Shown: in pieces, positions 37,535-45,291 of the stretch
Layout: every line of letters begins with the position of its first letter
Numbering within the stretch: the first letter of the stretch is position 1
Notes under the pieces: generated by a model
What the model was told of the DNA's origin: nothing
The model's input: the letters and a program-made list of their open reading frames with translations, nothing else
Database searches by the model: none
Program-made: the position numbers and the translations under genes
NCBI GenBank assembly: GCA_038063055.1
Contig: JBBTVY010000001.1
Coordinates: forward strand, 1-52,106
Origin: Patescibacteria group bacterium
Lineage (GTDB): Bacteria; Patescibacteriota; Minisyncoccia; UBA6257; 2-01-FULL-56-20
Length of the DNA: 52,106 nucleotides
Reading direction: 5' to 3'

Positions 37535-38599
37535 CTATTTTAACACACCATTAACAAAATTTTCAAACTTTCCTGCCGTAGGACTCTTTTTTAGAAAAGC
37601 AGAAATTGCCGTCCGGAATTTGCTTATTTCTTCTGGCCCGAGGTTCCTCAAAAAGGCATTCAGCTCCGAATACCCTCCGAATTTCCTGAAATCTATGAAA
37701 CAATCTTTCGGAACGAGCTTATCTATGTCCGGCGCTCCGTAATAAACCGGAATGGTGCCTGCCGCCATGCAATCAAATATCTTTTCGCTTACCCATCCCG
37801 ACGTAATGTCATTCTCGAAAGCCAGTCCGAATTTGTATTCGCTCATTGTTTTGAGCTTGTCCGGAACTTTGCCGCGCCAGACACGCTTCACGTATTTGTC
37901 GTAATGGAAATAAAAGGGATGCTTTGGCGGCTTGTCCCAACCGAAACCGTAAAAATCAAAACCTTCCACGCCACTGAAAAACTTTATGGCTTTGAGACGC
38001 TCTCCGTAAAGTTCATTGGTAAATTTGTGCGGACGGATATTGGAATTTATCATTGTAAGATATTTGTTTTTCGGAACGCTGAAATACGGGCTAGTGATAT
38101 CCTTGGTGCGATGTTCAAAATAATTGAAATATTCCCATTTGGGATGGTTTACGCGAGCTATGACGAATATTCTGTGATAAAAACCTGATTTTGCTATTGC
38201 ATCCAAATGCGAATACACGAAAGGCATGGACACTGGTGGCTCTACCTGCAAAAGAACTCTGCGTCCAAAAAAAGAAAAATTTTTCATAAAAAAACGCCTG
38301 CGCTTCATGAAAAAACCGCCCCTGTCTTTGAAATGAACGATTGAATAATAAATCCTCCAGAAAAGCGTTTCGCCCGGATGATTCATTGCCAAAAGTATGT
38401 CGTCCGACTTGGCCAATTCTCTGCTCCACTGAAAATATGACTTTACGGAAACGCCGCGTTTGGCGCACTCTTCATAAAAAGAGTTCCAAAAAAGAGCGTT
38501 CGGGCTTCCGCCGTCATATGGCCTAAAAGAGATTCCTTCCCCTTCAAAATATTCGTTTGGAAACATATCCGGGCCAGCCGGCATTATATATACAGTCAT
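37535..38599 (-). CDS. GT10 alpha-1,3/4-fucosyltransferase-family protein
   Basis: YKFGLAFEN..GWVSEKIFDCMAAGTIPVYYG GT10 motif. Confidence 0.88.
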   Translation of the reverse strand: MTVYIMPAGPDMFPNEYFEGEGISFRPYDGGSPNALFWNSFYEECAKRGVSVKSYFQWSRELAKSDDILLAMNHPGETLFWRIYYSIVHFKDRGGFFMKRRRFFMKNFSFFGRRVLLQVEPPVSMPFVYSHLDAIAKSGFYHRIFVIARVNHPKWEYFNYFEHRTKDITSPYFSVPKNKYLTMINSNIRPHKFTNELYGERLKAIKFFSGVEGFDFYGFGWDKPPKHPFYFHYDKYVKRVWRGKVPDKLKTMSEYKFGLAFENDITSGWVSEKIFDCMAAGTIPVYYGAPDIDKLVPKDCFIDFRKFGGYSELNAFLRNLGPEEISKFRTAISAFLKKSPTAGKFENFVNGVLK

Positions 38600-38620
38600 A
38601 AGGGATAGTATACAGTCCGA

Positions 38621-39976
38621 TTACTCATTTTTGAATTCCTTCAGCCGTTTTTCGAGACGCGCCGCGAGTTCCTTTTTTTCACCGTAAAGATTATTTTTTT
38701 CTTCCGGGTCATCCAGGGGAAAAAGAAGTTTCTGCGAATCGCTTATCAACTTGTGCTTTTCGGCCACTAGGCATCTGCCTATCAGCTTTATTCCGGAAAG
38801 GTCGGCTTCGTGGTCGGATATTTCGGCAATGACGTCCCTTTCTTTTCCGTCAAAAAGGTTGCCTCCCCTGAAAGATTGCGGACGCCTCGCTCCGGCGAAG
38901 CAGAGAATTGTCGGCGCAATATCCATAGAACTTCTCGGAATTTCTTCCGTTCTCGGTTTGCCGATTAATTTTTCCGGTCCGACGGCAATCAGCGGAACTT
39001 TTATGTTTTCATTGAAAAATTTTTGCATATGCTGAAATCCCCCATGGTCGTTAAATTCCTCGCCATGGTCGGCCGTTATGAAAACAACCGATTCTTCGTT
39101 CAAAACCCCTTTTGAGGAAAGATATCCGAATAAATCTTTGAGCGCTTCGTCTATGTGCCTGATTCCGTCGTCGTAAAGTCCGAGATAAAGCGGCAAAAAT
39201 AAACGGCTGACGCGCGGATATTCGCTCCAGAAATCAAAAAGATAATCGGCAAAATAAGATTTAATTTTTGATAAAAAACCGCGTCCGCGGCGCAGAAAAA
39301 GCCCGTAAGGCGCGTGGGCGTCCATGTAGTGGACCCACAAAAAAATGGGGTCTTTTATTTCGCCGTCCTGTTCCGCCAATTCCGACAACTCTTTCTTCAC
39401 CGCATTGTTCATTTCAAAAGCGGTGAAATATGCCTGAATCGGACGTCTCAAATCAACAAAGATTCTTCTTACTGTAGAAGCTATCCTTTCAAAAAAAAGG
39501 AAAATTTGTTCCAAGAATCTTGCGTACCTTGCAAGTACCCGGCGGATAATGCCTATCCTTTTTATAAGGCGCGATTGCCACGTGCCGCTCTTCATTCCCG
39601 GGCTGACGGCTGTAGAAAAATAATTAAGATGGCTGAATTTGTCCCAGCCGCGCCCATAGCCGAAATACTCCGAAAGATAGGCGTTTGAATGGAATCCCAT
39701 AGTTATGTATCCCGCGCCCTGCAGCGCCTCCTGGAGCAGAGTTCTTTGTTCGGTGATGCGCGTATAGCCGCCGAAATCCAGAGGGTAGGTGGAAGCCATT
39801 ATCCCTGCAAAACTCTGCGGAGTTGCGGCGCCGACCGAAAAACTATTCTTGAAAACAACTCCCCTTTTCGCGATTGAATCAATAAACGGGCTGGTGTTTT
39901 TTTTATAGCCGTAAACACCGAGATGGTCGGCGCGCAAAGCATCCAAAGTTATTAATATGATATTCGGCTTCTTCAT
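38621..39976 (-). CDS. Sulfatase-like alkaline-phosphatase-superfamily protein with Thr at the nucleophile position
   Basis: KPNIILITLDALRADH, ATPQSF in place of CxPSR, WVHYMDAHAPY, TADHGEEF. No signal peptide. Confidence 0.85.
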   Translation of the reverse strand: MKKPNIILITLDALRADHLGVYGYKKNTSPFIDSIAKRGVVFKNSFSVGAATPQSFAGIMASTYPLDFGGYTRITEQRTLLQEALQGAGYITMGFHSNAYLSEYFGYGRGWDKFSHLNYFSTAVSPGMKSGTWQSRLIKRIGIIRRVLARYARFLEQIFLFFERIASTVRRIFVDLRRPIQAYFTAFEMNNAVKKELSELAEQDGEIKDPIFLWVHYMDAHAPYGLFLRRGRGFLSKIKSYFADYLFDFWSEYPRVSRLFLPLYLGLYDDGIRHIDEALKDLFGYLSSKGVLNEESVVFITADHGEEFNDHGGFQHMQKFFNENIKVPLIAVGPEKLIGKPRTEEIPRSSMDIAPTILCFAGARRPQSFRGGNLFDGKERDVIAEISDHEADLSGIKLIGRCLVAEKHKLISDSQKLLFPLDDPEEKNNLYGEKKELAARLEKRLKEFKNE

Positions 39977-41217
39977 TAAATATTTTTTATCCTGCCTACG
40001 CCTATTATCTCTCCTCCCTGCTTGATTACAAATTTATTCAGGAATGTTTCTTCGGTATCCAAAAGAAGCAGAGCCGAAAGATTAAGTTTCAATCCGATTA
40101 TTTTGTTTGTCTCCACGGGGATGCTTCCTTGGTGTTCGGCTTTTGAAGAACCGCATTCAATTGTTATTTTCTCCGCAGGATTGAAATTTCTGAAAAGAAA
40201 AATTTCACTGTCTGCTTCCTTAATGGAACGCGGGGCATTTTTCTCGGGAGCAAGAATTGTCCCGCGCGATATTTCCGAACCGGCCTTAAGCGCGATCCCG
40301 GCGTTCTCGCCCTCCTTTACGGATTCCGTGTCATTGCCGGAAACGGAAAGCAAATTCAATACTGAAAATATTTTCCCTGACGGCAAAGCTACAACCGATT
40401 CTCCTTTTTTAAGCTCCCCGCTTTTGACGTTTATGGCCGCCAAAGATTCTCCGTTTCTCGGATAAATCCCGTTAGAAGCAGGGTGCCCCGAGGTGCCCGT
40501 AGCACTCTCCTGCTGTAGAGGGCGGCTTCTAACGGGATAAACATCCTGAACGATGGCGCGCATCGGAAGCGGGACGGATTTCATTTTTGCTATCGTGTCT
40601 TCAACTCTTTCAAAAATACTCATTCCTTTGAACCAGGGCATCTTCTCGGAAACTTTCGCGACATTCTCCCCTTCGCGGGCGGAAAGCGGAATGTAATAAA
40701 CGTCCTCCGGCTTGAACTTTCCCGCGAGAATTGTTTCCATTTTTTCCTTTATCTTCAGAAACTCGGACTCGTTGTAATCGAACGCGTCCATTTTATTGAC
40801 GCCGACTATCAGCTTTTTCATTCCCAAAAATTCGGCGAGCATAAGATGTCCGATGCTCATTTCGTCTATGCCTTCTTTCGCTGAAACCATAAGAATGGCC
40901 ATATCGGCCCTGGAAGCTCCGGATATCATCTGGTGCACCAATTCCGAATGCCCCGGCACGTCTATGAATATGTATAGAGCGCCTTTCTTTCCATTAACGA
41001 AAACAGATGCGGTATCGTAAGTCATTTCCTGCTCGCGCTCTTCTTTGAAGCTGTCTAAAAGATGCGCCCACTCAAAGGGCCTGCCCGCCTCGGCGTCTAT
41101 TTCTTTTGTGGTCTCCACTTTGTCGCGCGGGACCGAATTGGTGTCAAAAAGAAGCTTGCCGAGAAACGTGGATTTGCCGTGGTCTTTATGCCCGAGAACT
41201 ACGATTGATGGAGTCAT
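39976..41217 (-). CDS. cysN: Sulfate adenylyltransferase subunit 1 (GTPase), no APS kinase domain, with a 25-aa in-frame insertion
   Basis: GHKDHGKST, LLDSFKEEREQ, DVPGH, NKMD. Lies downstream of cysD. Confidence 0.88.
   Translation of the reverse strand: MTPSIVVLGHKDHGKSTFLGKLLFDTNSVPRDKVETTKEIDAEAGRPFEWAHLLDSFKEEREQEMTYDTASVFVNGKKGALYIFIDVPGHSELVHQMISGASRADMAILMVSAKEGIDEMSIGHLMLAEFLGMKKLIVGVNKMDAFDYNESEFLKIKEKMETILAGKFKPEDVYYIPLSAREGENVAKVSEKMPWFKGMSIFERVEDTIAKMKSVPLPMRAIVQDVYPVRSRPLQQESATGTSGHPASNGIYPRNGESLAAINVKSGELKKGESVVALPSGKIFSVLNLLSVSGNDTESVKEGENAGIALKAGSEISRGTILAPEKNAPRSIKEADSEIFLFRNFNPAEKITIECGSSKAEHQGSIPVETNKIIGLKLNLSALLLLDTEETFLNKFVIKQGGEIIGVGRIKNI
40467..40536. mobile_element. 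MITE-like element, CCCGTTAGAA/TTCTAACGGG family, copy 3 (in frame in cysN)
   Basis: 14-bp IR (40466-40479 and 40525-40538). ATAAA direct repeats at 40462 and 40537 are 75 bp apart; removal restores QDVYPRNG. Confidence 0.82.
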
Positions 41218-41219
41218 GC

Positions 41220-41280
41220 CAATTTCGCCTGCGAGGGCAAGGTTGTTATTTTAACCGCAGCCCGAGCAGCTGCGAAATTG
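41220..41280. repeat. 61-bp imperfect hairpin between the cysN start and the GIY-YIG cassette
   Basis: CAATTTCGC/GCGAAATTG, CTGC/GCAG, GGGC/GCCC, GGTT/AACC. Confidence 0.65.
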
Positions 41281-41283
41281 AGC

Positions 41284-41543
41284 ACCGAGCACATAAATTT
41301 ATTCCAAACTGAATTCCAGTCGTTCCTTAAGGCGACGAACTGCTTGGCCTCTCTGCTTAAGCATTCTTTCGCGATTTCTTGCATCACGTTCATTTTTGTA
41401 TGCTTCATAATAAATTAGATTTGGTTTTTTATCTTTGTGTTCCTTAAAACGCCTTTTGAGATCATTGGTATAGCCGATATAGGTCGTTCCGTTATCTTCG
41501 CGCTTTAGGACATAGACGTAATACATAAATTTATGTGCTCGGT
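41284..41543. mobile_element. GIY-YIG cassette bounded by perfect 19-bp terminal inverted repeats
   Basis: ACCGAGCACATAAATTTAT (41284-41302) and ATAAATTTATGTGCTCGGT (41525-41543). Confidence 0.75.
41299..41526 (-). CDS. Minimal GIY-YIG nuclease family protein (75 aa)
   Basis: YYVYVL..YIGYT.DLKRR..EH, YYEAY, ARNRERMLK. Confidence 0.92.
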   Translation of the reverse strand: MYYVYVLKREDNGTTYIGYTNDLKRRFKEHKDKKPNLIYYEAYKNERDARNRERMLKQRGQAVRRLKERLEFSLE

Positions 41544-41597
41544 AAGGTTTTTCTAATAAATTTTATTCGTCGTCTCTAAAATTTATTGAAAAGACCT

Positions 41598-42383
41598 TTA
41601 CATATACCCCAGCGCGCGGAGTTGCTGCATGACATATTCTTTTTCTTTGTCCTGCGCCCTGCCTCCGCGTTCCGAGTCGGTTGCTTTTTCAATCTCAGCG
41701 ATTATTTCGTCCAATGTTTTCGCTTCGGATTTCATCGCTACGGTGCATTTCGTGCATCCGAGCGAGCGGAATCTTTCGCCGTTCTTGGAAAAGTAAAGCG
41801 GATTTACGGGAAGATTTTCCGCCTTGAGATATTTCCAGACATCAATTTCCTGCCAGTGAAGAAGCGGGTGGACGCGGACGTGGTCGCTTTCCGGAAAATC
41901 GGAAAGGTAATCCCAGATTTCCGGCGCCTGGTTTTTATAGTCCCATTTGTATTCCTTGTCGCGCGGAGAGAAATATCTTTCTTTGGCGCGGATGCCATGC
42001 TCGTCCCTGCGAATGGAAACTATAAGCGCGTCTATTTTCCTCTCGTCCATCACTTTGCGGAGCGCGTCGGTCTTGTTTCCCCCGCAGCAGTCCACTCCCG
42101 AAATTTTGTCCTGCTTCACAATGCTTTTCTCGACAACCATCTCGAATCCCCATTCCTTTGAAACTTTTTCGCGGAGCGCGTAGGTCTCCTGAAAATCTAT
42201 TCCGTTGTCTATATGTATGACGGGAAAAGGAATTTGTCCGAGGAACGCTTTTCTCGCAAGTCCGAGCGTGACCGTGGAATCCTTGCCCATGCTCCATAGC
42301 ATCGCGACATTTTTGAAACGCGCTTTCGCTTCCCTGATTACCGATATGCTTTTTTCTTCAAGTTCTTTAAGGTGTTTGTCCAT
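41598..42383 (-). CDS. cysD: Sulfate adenylyltransferase subunit 2
   Basis: WSMGKDS, RRDEHGIRAKERYFSPR, RVHPLLHW, RSLGC, ERGGRAQD, LRALGYM. Start taken at MDKHL. Confidence 0.93.
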   Translation of the reverse strand: MDKHLKELEEKSISVIREAKARFKNVAMLWSMGKDSTVTLGLARKAFLGQIPFPVIHIDNGIDFQETYALREKVSKEWGFEMVVEKSIVKQDKISGVDCCGGNKTDALRKVMDERKIDALIVSIRRDEHGIRAKERYFSPRDKEYKWDYKNQAPEIWDYLSDFPESDHVRVHPLLHWQEIDVWKYLKAENLPVNPLYFSKNGERFRSLGCTKCTVAMKSEAKTLDEIIAEIEKATDSERGGRAQDKEKEYVMQQLRALGYM

Positions 42384-42390
42384 GGTTTTG

Positions 42391-42464
42391 TGGCTAATGG
42401 CTAATCGCTTATTGCTAATAACTGGCTTAAACAATTTGCCATATGCTATTTGCTATTCGCTTTT
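42391..42464. repeat. Heptamer tandem arrays (TGGCTAA / TGCTATT type)
   Basis: tggctaa tggctaa tcgctta ttgctaa ... tgccata tgctatt tgctatt cgctttt. Confidence 0.7.
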
Positions 42465-42661
42465 TTGAGATAACCGAGCGCTTCCAATTGCGCCCTTACG
42501 CTTTCTGCTCCCGAGAACGAACTCTTGTCTTCGTGGCCTGCCAATATCTCGCGCAGGACGAAAGTGACAAAAGAAGACGTGGATGCGAATCCACTGTCTT
42601 TTATGAGCTTCTGGACTTTTTTGTTAAGCGGGTCTGGTATGGAAACGGTTGTGTATTTCAT
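42446..42661 (-). CDS. Ribbon-helix-helix (CopG-like) protein with an LxxLGY tail
   Basis: YTTVSIP beta strand, helix, GFASTSSFVTFVLRE, then VRAQLEALGYL. Confidence 0.85.
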   Translation of the reverse strand: MKYTTVSIPDPLNKKVQKLIKDSGFASTSSFVTFVLREILAGHEDKSSFSGAESVRAQLEALGYLKKANSK

Positions 42662-42672
42662 AGTTATAGGCA

Positions 42673-42700
42673 ATTATACTCGTCTGGCCAAACCTGTCAA
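42673..42700 (-). promoter_or_regulatory. Consensus sigma70 promoter of the RHH-cysD-cysN operon
   Basis: TTGACA (42700-42695), 16 bp, TATAAT (42678-42673). Confidence 0.7.
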
Positions 42701-42714
42701 ATATCCCAGATTAT

Positions 42715-42742
42715 TTGACTTTTTAATAAATATAAGTATAAT
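42715..42742 (+). promoter_or_regulatory. Sigma70 promoter of the HD-like gene
   Basis: TTGACT (42715-42720), 16 bp, TATAAT (42737-42742). Confidence 0.65.
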
Positions 42743-42822
42743 TTAGCGCAGCAACGTTCCCCATGTTTTTTAAGGGAAGCGCAGCAAAATTGAATATCTC
42801 GTAACGATACCAAGGAGAAATT

Positions 42823-43530
42823 ATGGGAACGAAACGGATTTGGAACAGACTTCCTGCATTAACCGCCATTGTCCGCGCAAGTCATAAAGAAGTCGGGCTT
42901 GTTGGTGCGCATGACTTTGTGCACGCGGCACGTGTCGGAGAAATTGCCTGGCAAATCGCCGCAAGTACTTGGGAACCCGAAGGATTGGCATTACTAGCTG
43001 GCGCCGCCGGCTTGTGCCACAACGCTGACAGAATTCTGCAAAAGAAACTCGGTATTGGCCGGAATAAAGCGCCGAAAAACGAGGTGGCTGAACTGGTTCG
43101 CAATCAGCTCGGACGCGGCTTTATGTTCACTGCTACCGAAATGGAAACTGTCATTGATGCCGTCCTCAAACACGACGGGCACAACTCACCCGACGATTCC
43201 AATGTGCTCATCGCTCTGATGGACGCCGACCGCGTAGTAAACCTGGACATCGACACGTTCATGCGCGCCGGCCAGTTCTACCATGACCTCCATGTTGTGG
43301 ACTACAAGCATTTCCTGGACGACCCGGAAGCAACCTACCGCAGTCCGAAGAGCGTCCTCAAGGACCTATCTTACTGCCTGGAATGGGCCGACCCGGACAC
43401 TCCGGTTTGCGTGAGAACACATCTCGGCAAAAAGCTCGCTAGAGAACGGGCAACTACTTTCAGGATGTTCTTCCGGATGCTCAGCAGCCAGTTTGAGCAG
43501 GAAGGCATCAGTCCCTACCCGTTCGAATAG
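42823..43530 (+). CDS. HD-domain-like metal-dependent phosphohydrolase (HN variant)
   Basis: HDFVHAARV, AGLCHNADR, LKHD, LMDADR. AGGAG RBS upstream. Confidence 0.7.
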   Translation: MGTKRIWNRLPALTAIVRASHKEVGLVGAHDFVHAARVGEIAWQIAASTWEPEGLALLAGAAGLCHNADRILQKKLGIGRNKAPKNEVAELVRNQLGRGFMFTATEMETVIDAVLKHDGHNSPDDSNVLIALMDADRVVNLDIDTFMRAGQFYHDLHVVDYKHFLDDPEATYRSPKSVLKDLSYCLEWADPDTPVCVRTHLGKKLARERATTFRMFFRMLSSQFEQEGISPYPFE

Positions 43531-43558
43531 TTCCGGCGCAACGCCGGCAAAAGATCGA

Positions 43559-43602
43559 GAGGGAGGGCATAGCTCAATGCTGTGTACCTCCCCTTTTATT
43601 TT
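43559..43602 (+). terminator. Rho-independent terminator
   Basis: GGGAGG-GCATAGC-TCAAT-GCTGTGT-A-CCTCCC followed by TTTTATTTT. Confidence 0.7.
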
Positions 43603-43626
43603 TATATAACTTCTGATTGGAGAAAA

Positions 43627-44013
43627 TTAAACTATCTGGATTCTCTTGGTGTCTTTTTCGTATCCGTCCGATTCGCGCGAAAGATTAGTGAAGTCCAAAA
43701 ACAAAGTGTCTTCCAGCGCAACCAGCGCGTGGGCGACCCTCGGCTGCACAATCGTCAAATCTCCGGGATTCAAGACAACTTTTTCAACTTGCGCATCCGG
43801 AATATCAAGGTCTTTCGTATACCATTCCGCTTTTCCGCTTATTATGAACGTATATTGGATTGATTGTTCGTGGTAATGGTTCGCGCGCTTGGCTCCCTTT
43901 TTGGAAGTTATAAGGCCGATGTGCCCTATCTCCTTCCCTTCAATGATGTCCCATATTTCTCCCCTTTCATCTCCGAAAACGGGTTTCAAATGCAAAATTT
44001 TTGATCTTTCCAT
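43627..44013 (-). CDS. Cupin (RmlC/WxcM-like sugar epimerase/isomerase)
   Basis: DERG, RANHYH, PRVAHA. Confidence 0.8.
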   Translation of the reverse strand: MERSKILHLKPVFGDERGEIWDIIEGKEIGHIGLITSKKGAKRANHYHEQSIQYTFIISGKAEWYTKDLDIPDAQVEKVVLNPGDLTIVQPRVAHALVALEDTLFLDFTNLSRESDGYEKDTKRIQIV

Positions 44014-44018
44014 TTTTA

Positions 44019-45248
44019 TTAAATGATTTTGGGCTTTGGTATCGGAATTATGAATTTACCTCCGCGATTTTTGAATTCGGATAAATTGTTCATTATCTCC
44101 TCCGCAAAATTCCAGGCGAGAATCAAAGCATAATCGGGCTGGTCTTGAAGAAGTTTATCATCGTGATAAATTGGGATGTGAGTTCCTGGGGTGTAAAGCC
44201 CCACTTTCATCTGAGCTTTTTCTGTTATGTAATCCAGATATTCTGTGGTAATGCCGCAATAATTAAGAAGGGTGTTGCCTTTGGCTGGGGCGCTAACGCC
44301 GACTATACGTTTGCCGTCTTTTTTTAAATCGCCGAGAAGTTTCAATAAGCTGTCTTTTTGTTCCTGAACCTCCGAAGCGAATTTCCCAAGCCGGTCCATG
44401 GCGAATATGCCGCTATTTTCTTCTTTTTTAACTATACTAGCCACTGTTTCTGAAACCGGATATTTTCCTTGCCTAGCGACATAAATTCTGATGGTCCCAC
44501 CGTGAATTTTTCTTTCTTCAACGTTTATAACTTCCATTCCGAATTTTTTGAAAAAAGGAATTAGTGGCTTAACCGACAAATAGCTAAGATGCTCATGGTA
44601 AATCGTGTCATATTCTGTGCTGTTTATAAGATTAAGAAAATGCGGGGCTTCTATAACCATCGCCCCGTTTTCTGTCAGCAACGTTGATACCCCGTCCATT
44701 ATGTCATCCAAATCATTAACGTGCGCGAATACATTAGTCGCCGTTATTACCGAAACGTTGCCGTACTTGCGCAATATTTCTTTTGCAAGGTTGTGTGAAA
44801 AAAAATCAGCTATTGTAGTAATCCCGTTTGAATTGGCGATGTCAGCCATTACCCTCGCCGGATCAACTCCCAGAATTCTAACTCCCTGCTCCTTGAAACC
44901 AGCCAAAAGAACGCCGACATTGCTGCCCATGTCAATAACCAAAGAATCCGGTTTCAGCTTGAAATACTCTGAAACTGTTTTGGCCAATTCAAAAAAATGT
45001 TCCTTGCCGGTTCTGGTTATAGAGGACTCGTATGGATAATTTTTACAAAAGAGCAAATCTGGCGGAACTACATAGCCGAGTTGAGCTTGACCGCAATCCG
45101 CGCACAAATAAACATCAAGCGGAAATTTAAGCTCTTCTTTTGCAAGGTCGTCTTTCGAAAGGAATGCATCTGATGGCGGATGAATGCCCAAGTCCAAAAA
45201 TTTTTTAAGGTTTTTGCTTTTGCAAAGACGGCAATAATTTATTTCCAT
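44019..45248 (-). CDS. NDP-hexose C-methyltransferase
   Basis: CRLC..CADC zinc motif, YDTIYHEHLSY, IHGGTIR, APAKGNTLLN, LAWNFAEEI, KFIIPIP. Confidence 0.92.
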   Translation of the reverse strand: MEINYCRLCKSKNLKKFLDLGIHPPSDAFLSKDDLAKEELKFPLDVYLCADCGQAQLGYVVPPDLLFCKNYPYESSITRTGKEHFFELAKTVSEYFKLKPDSLVIDMGSNVGVLLAGFKEQGVRILGVDPARVMADIANSNGITTIADFFSHNLAKEILRKYGNVSVITATNVFAHVNDLDDIMDGVSTLLTENGAMVIEAPHFLNLINSTEYDTIYHEHLSYLSVKPLIPFFKKFGMEVINVEERKIHGGTIRIYVARQGKYPVSETVASIVKKEENSGIFAMDRLGKFASEVQEQKDSLLKLLGDLKKDGKRIVGVSAPAKGNTLLNYCGITTEYLDYITEKAQMKVGLYTPGTHIPIYHDDKLLQDQPDYALILAWNFAEEIMNNLSEFKNRGGKFIIPIPKPKII

Positions 45249-45291
45249 TTTAATTTGATATAAAAAATAATGAGGGAAATTCGTAGAAAAA

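Noticed and set aside
41214-41408. 64-aa alternative-frame ORF ending at the cysN start
   Set aside because: It overlaps the GIY-YIG gene and runs through the IR and hairpin, with no protein features.
42384-42434. N-terminal extension of CysD called by the ORF track
   Set aside because: It is heptamer-repeat sequence with a non-ATG start; CysD-like sequence begins at MDKHL.
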